Below are positions 1-13,050 of a DNA stretch of 39,565 nt, piece after piece. Within the stretch, counting starts at the first letter, position 1. The number at the start of each line of letters is the position of its first letter. Origin of the DNA: Octopus bimaculoides (lineage: Eukaryota); NCBI RefSeq assembly GCF_001194135.2, contig NC_068987.1, positions 26,737,989 to 26,777,553 of the forward strand, given 5' to 3'. The notes beneath the pieces were generated by a model. It saw nothing but the letters and a program-made list of their open reading frames with translations. It was not told the origin of the DNA and ran no database searches. The position numbers were made by a program, and so were the translations under genes.

Positions 1-619
1 AGAAACCACTTCCTCTCACAAAATAAAATAAAATTTAAGATTTGCGGAGGGTCAAAGTTGGTAACAAAAAAAGGGCAGTGAAAACAAACAGTAAGGACTG
101 CTAAGCCATAACGAGGTGATGTGGCGAAAGCTGGAGGAACAAACTTTGTCAGGAGGAAAGATAGGAGAGGATACACGCACACATACACGCAAATGTGCGC
201 GCATGCCTAGATATGGGAAATAAAACTTCCCGTATGAAAATGCACAGAGTGTTTAAGATCTATTTATGCAATATTGATAAATTTATCAGGTTTCTATTTT
301 GTATGATTTTCAAAAGCGTAAGTTGTGAAGAACGATGTGTGGTGTTACAAACTGCTTCGTTTCTGTTTGAAATCAACGAATTACTATATGTACATAGGAT
401 TTATATTCGCTAATTATCAAAATGTTTTACTGCTACCAATTATCAGACTATGTCCATAACCGGGGGCATGACTCAAGGCTTCTGACCATCATAGTAATAC
501 TGTAATTAATTTTGCAATTGGTATTTATTTTGTGGAAAATTATTCGTCGAAACACTGAATGTCGTCATTGTCAATCGGTGCAAAATTAAACAGATAAACA
601 CGCGGAAAAACATACATAT

Positions 620-730
620 ATACATCCATATGTACATAGCTGTGTGCGCATATGTGTGTCTATATATGTATGTACGTATGTATGTATATATGCATGTATG
701 CATGTATGTATGTGTGTATTTATGTATGTA
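620..730. repeat. (TA/TATG/TG) mixed microsatellite
   Basis: Visible tatg/tata/tgtg runs. Confidence 0.85.
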
Positions 731-1178
731 AAAATGTGTGCATTTATTGAACCAAAGTTAGTTTCTAGCGTTATATATTTTATCAGATTTATTGAGATAG
801 TCTCCAATGAGTTTTGGTCCTTTGGGTTTTACCAAAATCAGTTTGAATTTTAGTAACTTTTCGCAACACATATCAAATGCAGGTTAAAAAGAAACAAAAT
901 ACGTAAGTGCACAACACATGAATGCGTTTCAAAGATTCACTTTTGAGGGCATATTCATAGCGCAACACATTACTGATATTATTCCACATGTAATAGAGAA
1001 GCAAACATAATAACTTCCTGACCTGTGATATTTATATATAACAGTAATATTTCAGTGTTAGTGCCAACAATATTCATTTTGTTCTTGCGTAACAATAATC
1101 GGCACCAATACTCAATGCACGGTCTAACTTTCCTTCAAGTATTTGATAGGTTCATTACAGTCTCAAAATTCATGCCTG

Positions 1179-1179
<1 letters not shown>

Positions 1180-1212
<33 letters not shown>
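1180..1212. repeat. (CA)n microsatellite
   Basis: Pure CA run. Confidence 0.95.
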
Positions 1213-1215
<3 letters not shown>

Positions 1216-1266
1216 GCAATGATTCATTAGTCTCGAAATGAATACTTGTCTGTAAATATATATATA

Positions 1267-2052
1267 NNNNNNNNNNNNNNNNNNNNNNNNNNNNNNNNNN
1301 NNNNNNNNNNNNNNNNNNNNNNNNNNNNNNNNNNNNNNNNNNNNNNNNNNNNNNNNNNNNNNNNNNNNNNNNNNNNNNNNNNNNNNNNNNNNNNNNNNNN
1401 NNNNNNNNNNNNNNNNNNNNNNNNNNNNNNNNNNNNNNNNNNNNNNNNNNNNNNNNNNNNNNNNNNNNNNNNNNNNNNNNNNNNNNNNNNNNNNNNNNNN
1501 NNNNNNNNNNNNNNNNNNNNNNNNNNNNNNNNNNNNNNNNNNNNNNNNNNNNNNNNNNNNNNNNNNNNNNNNNNNNNNNNNNNNNNNNNNNNNNNNNNNN
1601 NNNNNNNNNNNNNNNNNNNNNNNNNNNNNNNNNNNNNNNNNNNNNNNNNNNNNNNNNNNNNNNNNNNNNNNNNNNNNNNNNNNNNNNNNNNNNNNNNNNN
1701 NNNNNNNNNNNNNNNNNNNNNNNNNNNNNNNNNNNNNNNNNNNNNNNNNNNNNNNNNNNNNNNNNNNNNNNNNNNNNNNNNNNNNNNNNNNNNNNNNNNN
1801 NNNNNNNNNNNNNNNNNNNNNNNNNNNNNNNNNNNNNNNNNNNNNNNNNNNNNNNNNNNNNNNNNNNNNNNNNNNNNNNNNNNNNNNNNNNNNNNNNNNN
1901 NNNNNNNNNNNNNNNNNNNNNNNNNNNNNNNNNNNNNNNNNNNNNNNNNNNNNNNNNNNNNNNNNNNNNNNNNNNNNNNNNNNNNNNNNNNNNNNNNNNN
2001 NNNNNNNNNNNNNNNNNNNNNNNNNNNNNNNNNNNNNNNNNNNNNNNNNNNN
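1267..2052. other. Assembly gap flanked by (TA)n
   Basis: N run with TA repeats on both sides. Confidence 0.98.
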
Positions 2053-2085
<33 letters not shown>

Positions 2086-2097
2086 CATATACACATA

Positions 2098-2232
2098 AAA
2101 CAACGGGCTTCTACCAAATCCACTCACCAGGCTTTGGTCGTCTCGAGGCTATAACCATAGACACCTACCCAAGATGCCACGCAGTGGGTATGTAGCCGGA
2201 CTATTTGTTTTGGAAGCAAACTTCTTACCACA
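2098..2232 (-). mobile_element. SINE family A (tRNA-headed), 5' half
   Basis: acgggcttctaccaaatccactcaccaggctttggtcg...cccaagatgccacgcagtggg...cttcttaccaca is the reverse complement of the 5' half of the full copy at 22485-22900. Confidence 0.85.
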
Positions 2233-2394
2233 TTATTCTTTCTTTCTCTTCCTGTTTGTTTCTGTGTTCCTTTCTATGGAAGAGCGTAGGCTCGAAACGC
2301 TAAAGACTTTTTCACTTCACGAGCGTTAAACTAATACATCTGTTTGTTGTATACACCACCTGTCTTCGTGTTTTGTTTTTATGCGAATTCTCCC

Positions 2395-2395
<1 letters not shown>
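2233..2395 (+). mobile_element. Probable Penelope-like pLTR remnant with a decayed minimal hammerhead motif (2270-2305)
   Basis: cttt-CTATGGA-a-gagc-gtag-gctc-GAAAC-gc-t-aaag: stem I cttt/aaag, stem II gagc/gctc and GAAAC are present; the core deviates from CUGANGA. Confidence 0.5.
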
Positions 2396-2431
<36 letters not shown>

Positions 2432-2434
2432 GTA

Positions 2435-2468
<34 letters not shown>

Positions 2469-2475
2469 TGTGTGT
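2395..2475. repeat. (TA)n-(TATG)n-(TG)n-(AG)n compound microsatellite
   Basis: Directly visible. Confidence 0.9.
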
Positions 2476-3024
2476 CTAAAAATAATCTATATACAGACTT
2501 TCTCGCTGTTGACCTTTAGCTCTAGGTCCGCTACTTTCTCAGTGGTAGCAATGGGATTTGAACAAAATTTTGCTGCTATGACTGGCATGGCACGCGATGA
2601 CAACAAAATAATAGATCCCTCGTTACGGCCACTAATGTAGCTCTAAGAAAGCATGTTGCAATGGAACAGCTATTTTCTCCTCGCGATATAAATGAAAATT
2701 GAGAAATGAAGTGCTATTTCCTTAAAATTATCTTCCTCTTTGGGTGCAGTAACAGTGTCAACGTATGCTGCTTGTTTGCACTTTCCCTTTTGGTTCTTTA
2801 TCGCTAAGAACTATTTTAGAAATAACTAACAGTTTTTTGTGTATATGATACAGAACAATTTGTCTTTAACTTTTATATATAGAGAATATCTAATCAAAAG
2901 TTTTACATGGGCCTAATTGTATAAACTGCAGATTACATTATGGTGAAGTGATAAGTGAAAAGACGAGTTGAGAATCAGTTAGTGGGGTGATTTCACTTTG
3001 GTTCAAAATATTTATAGTTTCGGC

Positions 3025-3092
3025 TTAATCTCAGGTCATTTGTAATTGCACAGATCTAGAATGAAAGCATTCCAGCTGTGGCCATCCAGATT
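3025..3092 (-). repeat. Short fragment of a third interspersed repeat (similar pieces at 25325-25415 and, inverted, 33850-33925)
   Basis: Weak mutual similarity (caggt...gcattccagctgtggccatcc vs caggttggtc...gctttccactcatgactatccc). Confidence 0.3.
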
Positions 3093-3994
3093 TTGATGGC
3101 CTTTTGATAGCGTCGGAGTAGATCTTAATTTAAATGGAAAGTCTATCAAAATGAGAAGAATACTTAAGCTGTCTTAGGCCACGTACCTATTTGATATTAC
3201 TTTCGGAGTTGCAGCAGTCAATGTCAGCTATGATCGTAAAAACGAGATCCCATCTTATGAGACTTATTGCTTTGAAATCCGTTGAATAACACCAAATTGG
3301 AGAATAAAAGGTGTTTCTCTTAACTGTGATAGAAAAAGAAACCAATTATTGATTTATGCTGACCCTATCAGCATAACTGTTGAGTGATAGTTTTAAATAC
3401 AAATTTTTAACGTTCTGTTACACTTGCAGACGTGTTGCTGATGGTCTGCGCTAAATAAAATGCGTTCACAGTGTAATAGAGAGGAGATGGTAAAAGAAAT
3501 ATAGTAATAGAGACAGAGGAAGTAAGAGAAACAGACATGGATGGTAATGAAGGACACATAGAAAGTGAGTTCAAGGTAGACGGCGAAAGACAGAAAGACG
3601 TACATCATTAAGAGGGGGAAAGCAATGACAGGCGGAAATGTGATATCTTACTTAATTATAATTTCTCGGATGGTATGGAAATGCGTTAATATAAGATTAA
3701 AAACATAACTACGTTATGAACCTGAAGAAGTCTTTCAAATGATCAAATTGTTTTTTGTGTGGAAAATAAATGACAGAATTAGAAATTGCATTTACCTTCG
3801 GAGTATTAGTCGGGAAACTTTTTAGAAGATAATTCCTTTCCAACTGACAATACCCGTTTGATTTGAAATCTGATCGGTGTCTGCTTTGGCTTGCTCCACA
3901 TTAGATCTGTTTCAGTGAGGCCCAGAACAAGTAGGTTTGTCACAGAAGTTTAACCATATGAAATTTTAGAAATTAATATTACTTATGTTTATTA

Positions 3995-4197
3995 TGGCGA
4001 CAAGCTGGCAGAATCGTTGGCGCGTCAGGAAACATGCATGGCAGCATTTCGTCCGTCTTTACGTTCAGACTTTAAATTCCACGAGGTCCACTTGTTCTTT
4101 CATCGATAAAATAAATACCAGTTGAGTGCTGGCGTCGACTTAATCGACTTGGCCCCTCCCTAAAACTGCTGGCCTTCTGTCACCTTGGAACAAATAT
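3995..4197 (+). mobile_element. SINE family B (tRNA-headed), tail type 1
   Basis: A-box-like tggcagaatcgtt; catttcgtccgtctttacgttc; gtcgacttaatcgac hairpin; tail cccctccctaaaactgctggcc. Homologous to the copies at 7860, 17638 and 20640. Confidence 0.85.
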
Positions 4198-4244
4198 TAC
4201 TTTCTTACTGTATTTCGAACACACATACAAACACTCATACACAA

Positions 4245-4291
<47 letters not shown>

Positions 4292-4421
4292 TGCATATAC
4301 CTTCATACAAATGCATATACATACATAAATTATTATGCACCATGTGCTCTGTTTTTGGCGCAAAACAAAACCAATTGTACACTCAGAGTCTAACATGAAC
4401 AGTCACGGATTTAAACTGGTG

Positions 4422-4479
4422 GTCCACACTGACGAGGCTCAGAGTTAAATACCCAAAAGCGGAAACCTGGTTTGTGGAT
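4422..4479 (+). ncRNA. Type I hammerhead ribozyme motif, slightly decayed
   Basis: Stem I gtccaca/tgtggat; CTGACGA 4429-4435; stem II gct/agc with a G.G mismatch at 10.1-11.1; GAAA 4462-4465; stem III ACC-t-GGT; cleavage triplet GUU. Confidence 0.6.
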
Positions 4480-4489
4480 ATCCTTAATT

Positions 4490-5120
4490 NNNNNNNNNNN
4501 NNNNNNNNNNNNNNNNNNNNNNNNNNNNNNNNNNNNNNNNNNNNNNNNNNNNNNNNNNNNNNNNNNNNNNNNNNNNNNNNNNNNNNNNNNNNNNNNNNNN
4601 NNNNNNNNNNNNNNNNNNNNNNNNNNNNNNNNNNNNNNNNNNNNNNNNNNNNNNNNNNNNNNNNNNNNNNNNNNNNNNNNNNNNNNNNNNNNNNNNNNNN
4701 NNNNNNNNNNNNNNNNNNNNNNNNNNNNNNNNNNNNNNNNNNNNNNNNNNNNNNNNNNNNNNNNNNNNNNNNNNNNNNNNNNNNNNNNNNNNNNNNNNNN
4801 NNNNNNNNNNNNNNNNNNNNNNNNNNNNNNNNNNNNNNNNNNNNNNNNNNNNNNNNNNNNNNNNNNNNNNNNNNNNNNNNNNNNNNNNNNNNNNNNNNNN
4901 NNNNNNNNNNNNNNNNNNNNNNNNNNNNNNNNNNNNNNNNNNNNNNNNNNNNNNNNNNNNNNNNNNNNNNNNNNNNNNNNNNNNNNNNNNNNNNNNNNNN
5001 NNNNNNNNNNNNNNNNNNNNNNNNNNNNNNNNNNNNNNNNNNNNNNNNNNNNNNNNNNNNNNNNNNNNNNNNNNNNNNNNNNNNNNNNNNNNNNNNNNNN
5101 NNNNNNNNNNNNNNNNNNNN
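4490..5120. other. Assembly gap
   Basis: N run. Confidence 0.98.
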
Positions 5121-5310
5121 TATCTGAAAAGAAACAGGAATTTTAGCAAAGCATATTAATCAACACCAATGGTAAATCAAAAAATATAAAAATAAACAAG
5201 CTTTTGACGTTTTATAGATATTTAAAAAATATGATGTTATGATGCTAGGTGTTTCCATTATTTTGTCAAACCACTATATATATATATGTATATATATATT
5301 TAGATATATA

Positions 5311-5470
5311 CGACGGCCTTCTTACAGTTTCCGCGTACCAGATCCCCTCACAAGGCTTTGTTCTGCTACCTGAGGCTATAGTCGAAAATACTTGCCCAAG
5401 GCACCACGCAGTAGAACTGAACCCGGAACCATGTGAATGGAGAGCTAGCTTCTTACCACACATCCACTCC
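5311..5470 (-). mobile_element. SINE family A, 5' half next to its (TA)n tract
   Basis: gacggccttcttacagtttccg...cttgcccaaggcaccacgcag...gaacccggaaccatgtg...cttcttaccacac; reverse complement of 22485-22637. Confidence 0.9.
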
Positions 5471-5639
5471 CAGCTGTTAAAAATCGCCTAAGTGATGCGC
5501 AACAAACCTGCAATGGTTCGATTTGACCTCAAACGTGGACTGAACAATTATGAATTTGGTACGGCTGTTTTCCGATTCTGTAAAGAACGCTGTAAAAAAT
5601 TATTTCAAACATAGAAAAGTGACCTCTCTCTTAACGAAT

Positions 5640-5750
5640 TGGGTATTATCAATTAAACTGACCCCACTTTTTCGCTGGTATTTTATACTTCTGATTCCTG
5701 CATGAAAGGTATGGTTGAATTTGGATGGATTTGAAGAAAGCACGTTATAG
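5640..5750 (-). mobile_element. Old, degenerate SINE family B fragment
   Basis: actgacccca...ctggtatt...atgaaaggta...gatttgaa aligns by eye to 20700-20810. Confidence 0.5.
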
Positions 5751-6120
5751 TACATCATTCATTACGACATTATACAGTTCTTACAATCCAATACCCTGTG
5801 TAATGTGACCATCCTACATAACAAAGCTACCACCCTCGCACCTTTAATAATCATAAAGATATGTAATTGGATTAAATTTATAGATTTAAAAGGCGAATAT
5901 ATGTTTACCGAGAAACAACACTAAGTGAAGCGTGTAGATATAAAGGGCAAATGAAAACGGATATATAAGCATGAGTGGTCACAGTACAAATTTATTTCAT
6001 ATTCTCTTAATCTTTGTACGCTTCGTTTCACTTTGTTTAAATGTAAACATGGAAAGATATTTATGTGTGTCTATTTGTATGCTTAGATGACCTTACATAT
6101 ATAAATGGACAGAAAAACAG

Positions 6121-6151
<31 letters not shown>

Positions 6152-6156
6152 TATAT

Positions 6157-6936
6157 NNNNNNNNNNNNNNNNNNNNNNNNNNNNNNNNNNNNNNNNNNNN
6201 NNNNNNNNNNNNNNNNNNNNNNNNNNNNNNNNNNNNNNNNNNNNNNNNNNNNNNNNNNNNNNNNNNNNNNNNNNNNNNNNNNNNNNNNNNNNNNNNNNNN
6301 NNNNNNNNNNNNNNNNNNNNNNNNNNNNNNNNNNNNNNNNNNNNNNNNNNNNNNNNNNNNNNNNNNNNNNNNNNNNNNNNNNNNNNNNNNNNNNNNNNNN
6401 NNNNNNNNNNNNNNNNNNNNNNNNNNNNNNNNNNNNNNNNNNNNNNNNNNNNNNNNNNNNNNNNNNNNNNNNNNNNNNNNNNNNNNNNNNNNNNNNNNNN
6501 NNNNNNNNNNNNNNNNNNNNNNNNNNNNNNNNNNNNNNNNNNNNNNNNNNNNNNNNNNNNNNNNNNNNNNNNNNNNNNNNNNNNNNNNNNNNNNNNNNNN
6601 NNNNNNNNNNNNNNNNNNNNNNNNNNNNNNNNNNNNNNNNNNNNNNNNNNNNNNNNNNNNNNNNNNNNNNNNNNNNNNNNNNNNNNNNNNNNNNNNNNNN
6701 NNNNNNNNNNNNNNNNNNNNNNNNNNNNNNNNNNNNNNNNNNNNNNNNNNNNNNNNNNNNNNNNNNNNNNNNNNNNNNNNNNNNNNNNNNNNNNNNNNNN
6801 NNNNNNNNNNNNNNNNNNNNNNNNNNNNNNNNNNNNNNNNNNNNNNNNNNNNNNNNNNNNNNNNNNNNNNNNNNNNNNNNNNNNNNNNNNNNNNNNNNNN
6901 NNNNNNNNNNNNNNNNNNNNNNNNNNNNNNNNNNNN
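6157..6936. other. Assembly gap after (TA)n
   Basis: N run. Confidence 0.98.
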
Positions 6937-7439
6937 TTGAGTCAACCTGCAGCCATTGACTTGCAATTGTCGAAGAGAAACATTTTACGATCACAGAGGA
7001 TCTGCAAAACTTATTTTCTTCAGAGGATATCAACGAAAATATAAGCATTTTGTGGGCCAGCTTATATTTTAACATTTTATTGTTATATCTACAACTTGAA
7101 TGTTACTTTAAATATGTCTTTTTTCGAAGGAATCTCTATTTATAGTAGCATTTTATAATATTGGTTGCTTTATTTTCACTTAGTCTACAACTCAGCTCTA
7201 ATGGAGCACACTTATGATAAAAGCCATTCCAGCATTGACAAAGCCGCCCACTTTTCTTCGTTTATAGTTTTTCTACGATTATATTATCGAAAGTGATTTT
7301 CTATGTTTAATATGGCGGTATACAATAAAACCGTATTCGTTGGTTACGGTTTCCTACGAGCTGTTTGCCCCTTTAGGTTCTCTTTCATTTTCTTGGTATA
7401 TAACGAGTGATGGTATGTGCCTATGCGCATCCGTTAGTC

Positions 7440-7800
7440 AAAGCTTATCGTTAGACTGTGAAATTGTTTACAATATGTCCAGTAATAAAATATTTTGTCT
7501 TGTGTTAATTATTTAATAGGGCAGAATATGATGATTTTATGACACCTGCTTGCCATCATTTATAACTGATAAGATAAATGGAGTTGGTGTTCCTATTCGA
7601 TCACTGTGAGATGACAACATAGTGAATGGATATTGTGGCATCTAGGTAAGGGGGAGAATTTAATATCAGTGACCAGAGAAAAGACGAGTTAGTACTTGAC
7701 TGACTTGAGTAGATTCCGTACATAACTAGCTAGCTCTGAGTAAAGGAGGGCATTGTAATAATTACACAAATCGGTCAGTATTAAATGTGTTCTAACTTGC
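7440..7800 (+). repeat. Unclassified interspersed repeat, copy 1 (inverted copy at 14655-15065)
   Basis: tagggcagaatatgatgattttatgacacctgct...ggagttggtgtt...gggggagaatttaa...gtacataactagc...ggcattgtaataatta matches the reverse complement of 14655-15065. Confidence 0.75.
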
Positions 7801-7859
7801 AAACCATATATTGTATTTCAGAAAACAAAACAACAAAATAACATGTGAATTCCAATATA

Positions 7860-8080
7860 AATTTCAAATTTTGGTACAAAGCCCGCAATTTTCGTGGTAG
7901 TACTGGTGGGTTTAGTCATTACAATGAGCCTAGAACTCAAGTGATACTTATATTATAGCTCTCGATATGATGAAATGCAAATTCGACCTCGGCGAAATGT
8001 GAATACAAAACTGAAGGAAGGACGAAATGCCATAAAATATTTTGCCAGGTAATGCTAATGATTTTGCCAGGTCGTTGCCC
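7860..8080 (-). mobile_element. SINE family B, tail type 1, degenerate
   Basis: tttcaaattttggtacaaagcc...gatgaaatgcaaattcgacctcggcgaaat...gacgaaatgcc...gctaatgattttgccag. Confidence 0.8.
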
Positions 8081-11000
8081 TCTTCTAAATTATAATCTTT
8101 CTGCTATAAAGCCAAAAGGAAAACTATTGATGAACCTCTAAATAAGACATTTGAATTTTTTAGAAATAACACCTAAATGACACCATACATTCTTTAAAAA
8201 ATGCTGCGCGCTGTGGACAATCTAGTGCTAAATGATTTCAGTGCTAGGATTCCTCCGAGAGGGAAGACGCGAAGCTAATTATTCTAACTAATAGAGTCTT
8301 TTCTAATGTCTTTCCCCAAAGTATCCTTTCGACGTTCATTGATTATCACCACTTGCTTTTTCACTTTACGGGATCGATGTTACACACAGAAACCTGACTA
8401 TAGATGGAAATATTGCTTTGAACAAAAATTACGCAAGCCTCTCTGACTCTTGATTACTGATTTACTTAACTGTATGCACTAACGTTTAGTCATACATTTG
8501 CTATTCATGTATGATTATTGTGATATTCTAACGTTACTACACAACACACATTCAACACGAGATATTCAGGATTTAGGAGATGAACCTCTGTTGAAAAATA
8601 TTTCATACAAAAATATAAATGCGCATCTAAATCACTACAGTTATTTAGAAACTTAATGATGATATTGTGCAAGGTCATAATCTTCAAGTCAGAAGAAAAT
8701 ACTTTTAAAATACTATTTTAACTCTTCAAGAAGTAAAACGTATTGCCGGTTGTGTTCCTGCAGAATCTGTATCTTGAAAAAGGCAAGGTTTGCCAGTTTT
8801 CACTTGGAGCTAAAGAATAATATCAAACGTTCAAATAAAATCCATGTATATATATATATATAAATTATATGTAACGCATAAAAAGAGCCTGAAAGATTCC
8901 TTTAGGATACATGGCGTATTTTATAAATATGCCTGTTCAAGTATCATAATAGCATAAAACTATTAATAGCTCTTTCGGTTGTTAGTTGAAGTTCAAATGG
9001 AAAACATTATTATTGTTTAGTTTTCTGCGTTTACCTATTGCATAGAATTGTTGAAATTTATCAGGTTATCCAATTCAATTGCAACTGAAAGCAGACTTAA
9101 ATATTCTATCATCAGTATGAAAAGGAGAGGACTCTGAGCGCGTTCGTTTTTACCTTCAACGCCTCGTTTTCATTCGTGCAAGCCATCTTGATGACAAAAT
9201 ATATGATACCATATTCTTAATAATCTTGTCAAATATGAGAAGAAAATAATAAATGAACGCTGCAGTTCTAATTATAATGGTTATAATAAAAGAGAGGTGT
9301 ATGATATATATACATAAATATATAATACTTAAATTTTTCCCTTTCAAATTATATCGAATTGTTGGACATATTGAACACAAGCAGAGTTTGTGATGACGGA
9401 ACTATGTGTAGACATCTAATTGATGTTCTTAGTTTGCTCTGTTCTATTTCTTTTAAACACCTGATATCTTTAAGCAGCATTATTACTTATCTCATGAAAC
9501 TTTTATAATTTGTTTCCTTAACTTGTTCAGATCAGATAGTATTAAGACACTGTACATCAAATAGCTAACTTGTATCTTATATTCTAAGCTCTATTAACAT
9601 ACAATTAAATCAGATAAAATTGTTTCGAATATTTGATCTCAGACTCTGTGTGTCTTCCTTGTACAGAAGCTTTTTATCTGCTTACTTTCACTTACAGAGC
9701 TCAAACGACTTGTAAGCTTTCACAAAAGATACTTGCATAACATTCGAGTGGTTATTGCTATCGAGATCTCCCAGTCTCATATAATGCAATTATAATATAC
9801 AGAGAAGCGGAAGGGAATTATTTACTGTATATTGCACATATTATATCTATCTCTACGTCGGATGCCAATCGTACGCACCATTGCAAATAAGAGAAACTTT
9901 TGAGAATTTTCAAATATTCTCATTCACTACAGTAGAAAACGTTACTATATATATGTAAATATCATCGTTTCAGTTCCCAACACAAACGCATGCTTGTTCA
10001 TAATAAGTAACATAGAATTAATACAAAAACATACGTGGAACATTTCTCTGAGAATGGATCTGTAAGTTAGTAGAGCAGATTATAATTTCAGTGATTAAAA
10101 TCTAACAGATACGGCAGAAACCAGTAAACAACGTGCTATAGTCTCTCATTTGAACTATCGTTACAAAAGAACGCGTATATTGAGAGTAAAAAAAAAACAA
10201 AAACGTTTAGACAAATTTTAATTGAACCTCAGGTGATACTGAAAATGAACCTTTGAAAATAACAGACAATAATTCATCTCGTAATAAGTTTTAACCGAGA
10301 AGCCATTGAATAGCGACATGAAACATAGCATGAATAAAGTTCATGAGAGATTTGAAAACCATAGTAATGCTCTTTTATTTTTCGGATAATATTGCAAATT
10401 GACAGGGTCTTTAAAAATGATAATGGAACAGAAACACAGAAGAAATACAAAAGAAAATAAGAAAAGTGACAGAAAAACATTAACATTCTCTTGAAGTCAA
10501 AATCAAAACTTTTCCCAGTGTAAATACTAAACTGTTAAACTGACCGATCAGCCATTGCACAGCTGCGCCTTCCACAACCTATCTCTTTCTTAATGAATGA
10601 TGAATGCAACTACAACTTTTGTCTGACTTCTTTTGTGAATCACTTATATAGCAACTGGTTATCTATGGTTATCTATGGTTATTTTTCTCTTAAGTAATCA
10701 AAGGAACTCAGTTAACCACTGTAGTTCACAATGCATCGAGATGGTCAATTTTTAAAGTTCATGTTATGGAACTTGAGCATGTGGCGTTCTGTTGAAACTG
10801 GTTCCTTTCCTGAAGATTGCATTAGTGTGGGGAAAATATGAGGAATCTTCATATATTCCAACATTCCAGATTCCTAATTTATATCTTTTCTTTATAGGAG
10901 GTCTGTTAGCTCTCGGCTAATATTTTTAATATGAATGGTGTCTCTGGATAATAAATTTTATGTCATCTTGTATATATTTATTGTACATCGATGCAAGAAT

Positions 11001-12928
11001 TTTCAATCACTCTATCTAATAATCATTGGAAGAAAATGCGCTTTGCTGAAAAAGCCTAAGATAACAGAAGTATATGGGAATTCCAACTGTCCTTAACAAA
11101 GTTCTTGTTAAATTAATATAAATTCTTGAGTGGATATTTTCGTCTACTCACTGAATGCGTAGTTGAAATTTCTATTACAATTCTTGACTTCTATCTCTTA
11201 TTTCCTTGACCAAATTTGCTTAACATTAGTAAGTGAGCCTGTGTTATCATCTGCTCAATATAAAAGTGATAATAATTCATTGAAATCTATTCTTTTCTTA
11301 CAAGTATTTAGCCTATTATTTTCTTCCATGCAGATAGCGTCTCCTGGTTGCTTCCTTCAGTCACCTAAATTAATTTTGCTTTGTAACTTGTGATGTGTGA
11401 TTTACTTGCTTTGTCATTGATGCGCACTCCCTGCGCAGTTGAACTAAATATTTACAGTTAAGGGAACAATAAGGAAACTTAAAATCAATTATAGTTCATC
11501 GACAATCGATATTTGTATATCTATATTCGTATGTAGTCAGGTTTATGCTGCTTTCGTTACGTGCGCATCAGTGATTACTTCTTGATACTAGCATGTCACC
11601 AAATATCGGTAAATAAGAATAATTCTTCTCACCTCGAAGTTTGTATAACATTATTTGCTTTGCAACAAATGATCATGATTTTTGCAACTGAACCGACAAT
11701 TCTGTTTTGCCTAATAAAATTGATTTAAAAAAATATTTCCTAGTAAATATATGTTTTAAATTTTTGTTTAATCTTAATTTTACAAGCTATTTTCTGCGAA
11801 AACAGAAATAAAATTTCGAAATTTCGATTTGATTTAAACTGGAGGTATTTGCTCTATCAAGTATAAATTTTATAATACAATTTCTTACATTTGCGATATT
11901 CAGAGCCTGGAAATTTCTTTTATAAATAACTGTGGAGAATTTACAACAAAATCTTCAGAATCATTGGCGCAAGCTTCTTCCTTTCTACATCGTGCTTCAA
12001 ATATGATTATAGTTCAATTACTTAAGAATTGAAATAAAGTGAGTAACTGCATCATCAGCTTACTGGCGCCATTTCTTTTTTCATTGCGCTAAGTTAAATT
12101 ATCGTTACCATACTATTAATACCCTATTGATTATTAGATTTTGTATTTCAGATTAAAAAGCTAACATTGGATTGTTGTTTTCGAAATGACCTGTCAAGTT
12201 ATTTTTCAAGAAAACAGAACGGCGCCATTCAATATATAAAATCTTGACGAGGCTATACGTAATCGTTCTTTTCCACATACATCTGTTGTCACTGCGTGTT
12301 AATCTTAATATTTCAAGCAACGAGCCTACATGAACCAAAGCAGAAAAATATAATATCGTGTCAAACTCATTTCAAACAATCAAATACAAATCGCCACTGG
12401 CTTAAAATTGAACATGTCGGTTTTGCGTTTTACGCTTGGTTAAATAGAAATTTGCCCAATATTGATTAGCTGCAGAAATAACAATACAAAGATACTGAGC
12501 ATAGTTTTTGAGTAAGCTGTATATCAATGATCTTTACAACTTTTGTTCTGTTCTATTGATGAATAAGGTAAAAAATGTATGTATAGTTACAAAACTATTG
12601 CTACTATATCTTTTTTTACGTATGCGTATGAGTGTGTGGAAGTATTTGAGTGTGTGTATGTATATATACATATATGCATGGTGAATATGTATATATAGTC
12701 TATGATACTGAGATATATACAGGGTAAAACTTTGGGATGAACAATAAACAAATACACATACTCATATGTTGGCAGTTGTGGTAAAAAACAGGGGTTATAA
12801 TATATTCCTCCTAGGCAATGAGACTTCTCGAAATGATACAAATGTAAATGAATAATTCTGCGTAGGATATACGTTTACCTTCGTTGATGAGCCACTTATG
12901 AAACACTGAAACGGTTATCTTTTATATA

Positions 12929-12929
12929 T

Positions 12930-12967
<38 letters not shown>

Positions 12968-13050
12968 ACATACACACACACACACACCGACACACACNNN
13001 NNNNNNNCACACATACACACACACACCGACACACACACACACACACACAC
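12929..13050. repeat. (CA)n microsatellite with a 10-N gap
   Basis: Directly visible. Confidence 0.9.

Noticed and set aside
854-902. Possible plus-strand exon ending in a perfect GTAAGT donor
   Set aside because: Ambiguous acceptor and no recognisable peptide.
2527-2640. Open stretch ...MGFEQNFAAMTGMARDDNKIIDPSLRPLM*
   Set aside because: No recognisable family, and the opposite strand is equally open.
3715-3755. cctgaagaag...gatcaaattg hammerhead-like string
   Set aside because: GAAA core is missing and stem III is not formed.
3805-3950. Minus-strand peptide LLVLGLTETDLMW resembling a LINE APE endonuclease motif
   Set aside because: A single short motif with no other APE motifs in the flanks.
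9154-9186. Possible first coding exon on minus (ATG..MACTNENEALK|GTAAAA)
   Set aside because: Short, with no recognisable homology or linked exons; plausible by chance.
10805-10845. CTGAAGA...GAAA with ttcc/ggaa flanks
   Set aside because: No valid NUH triplet and a wobble-only stem II.
12876-12920. ttgatgagcc...gaaacggtt hammerhead-like string
   Set aside because: Stems I and II do not pair.
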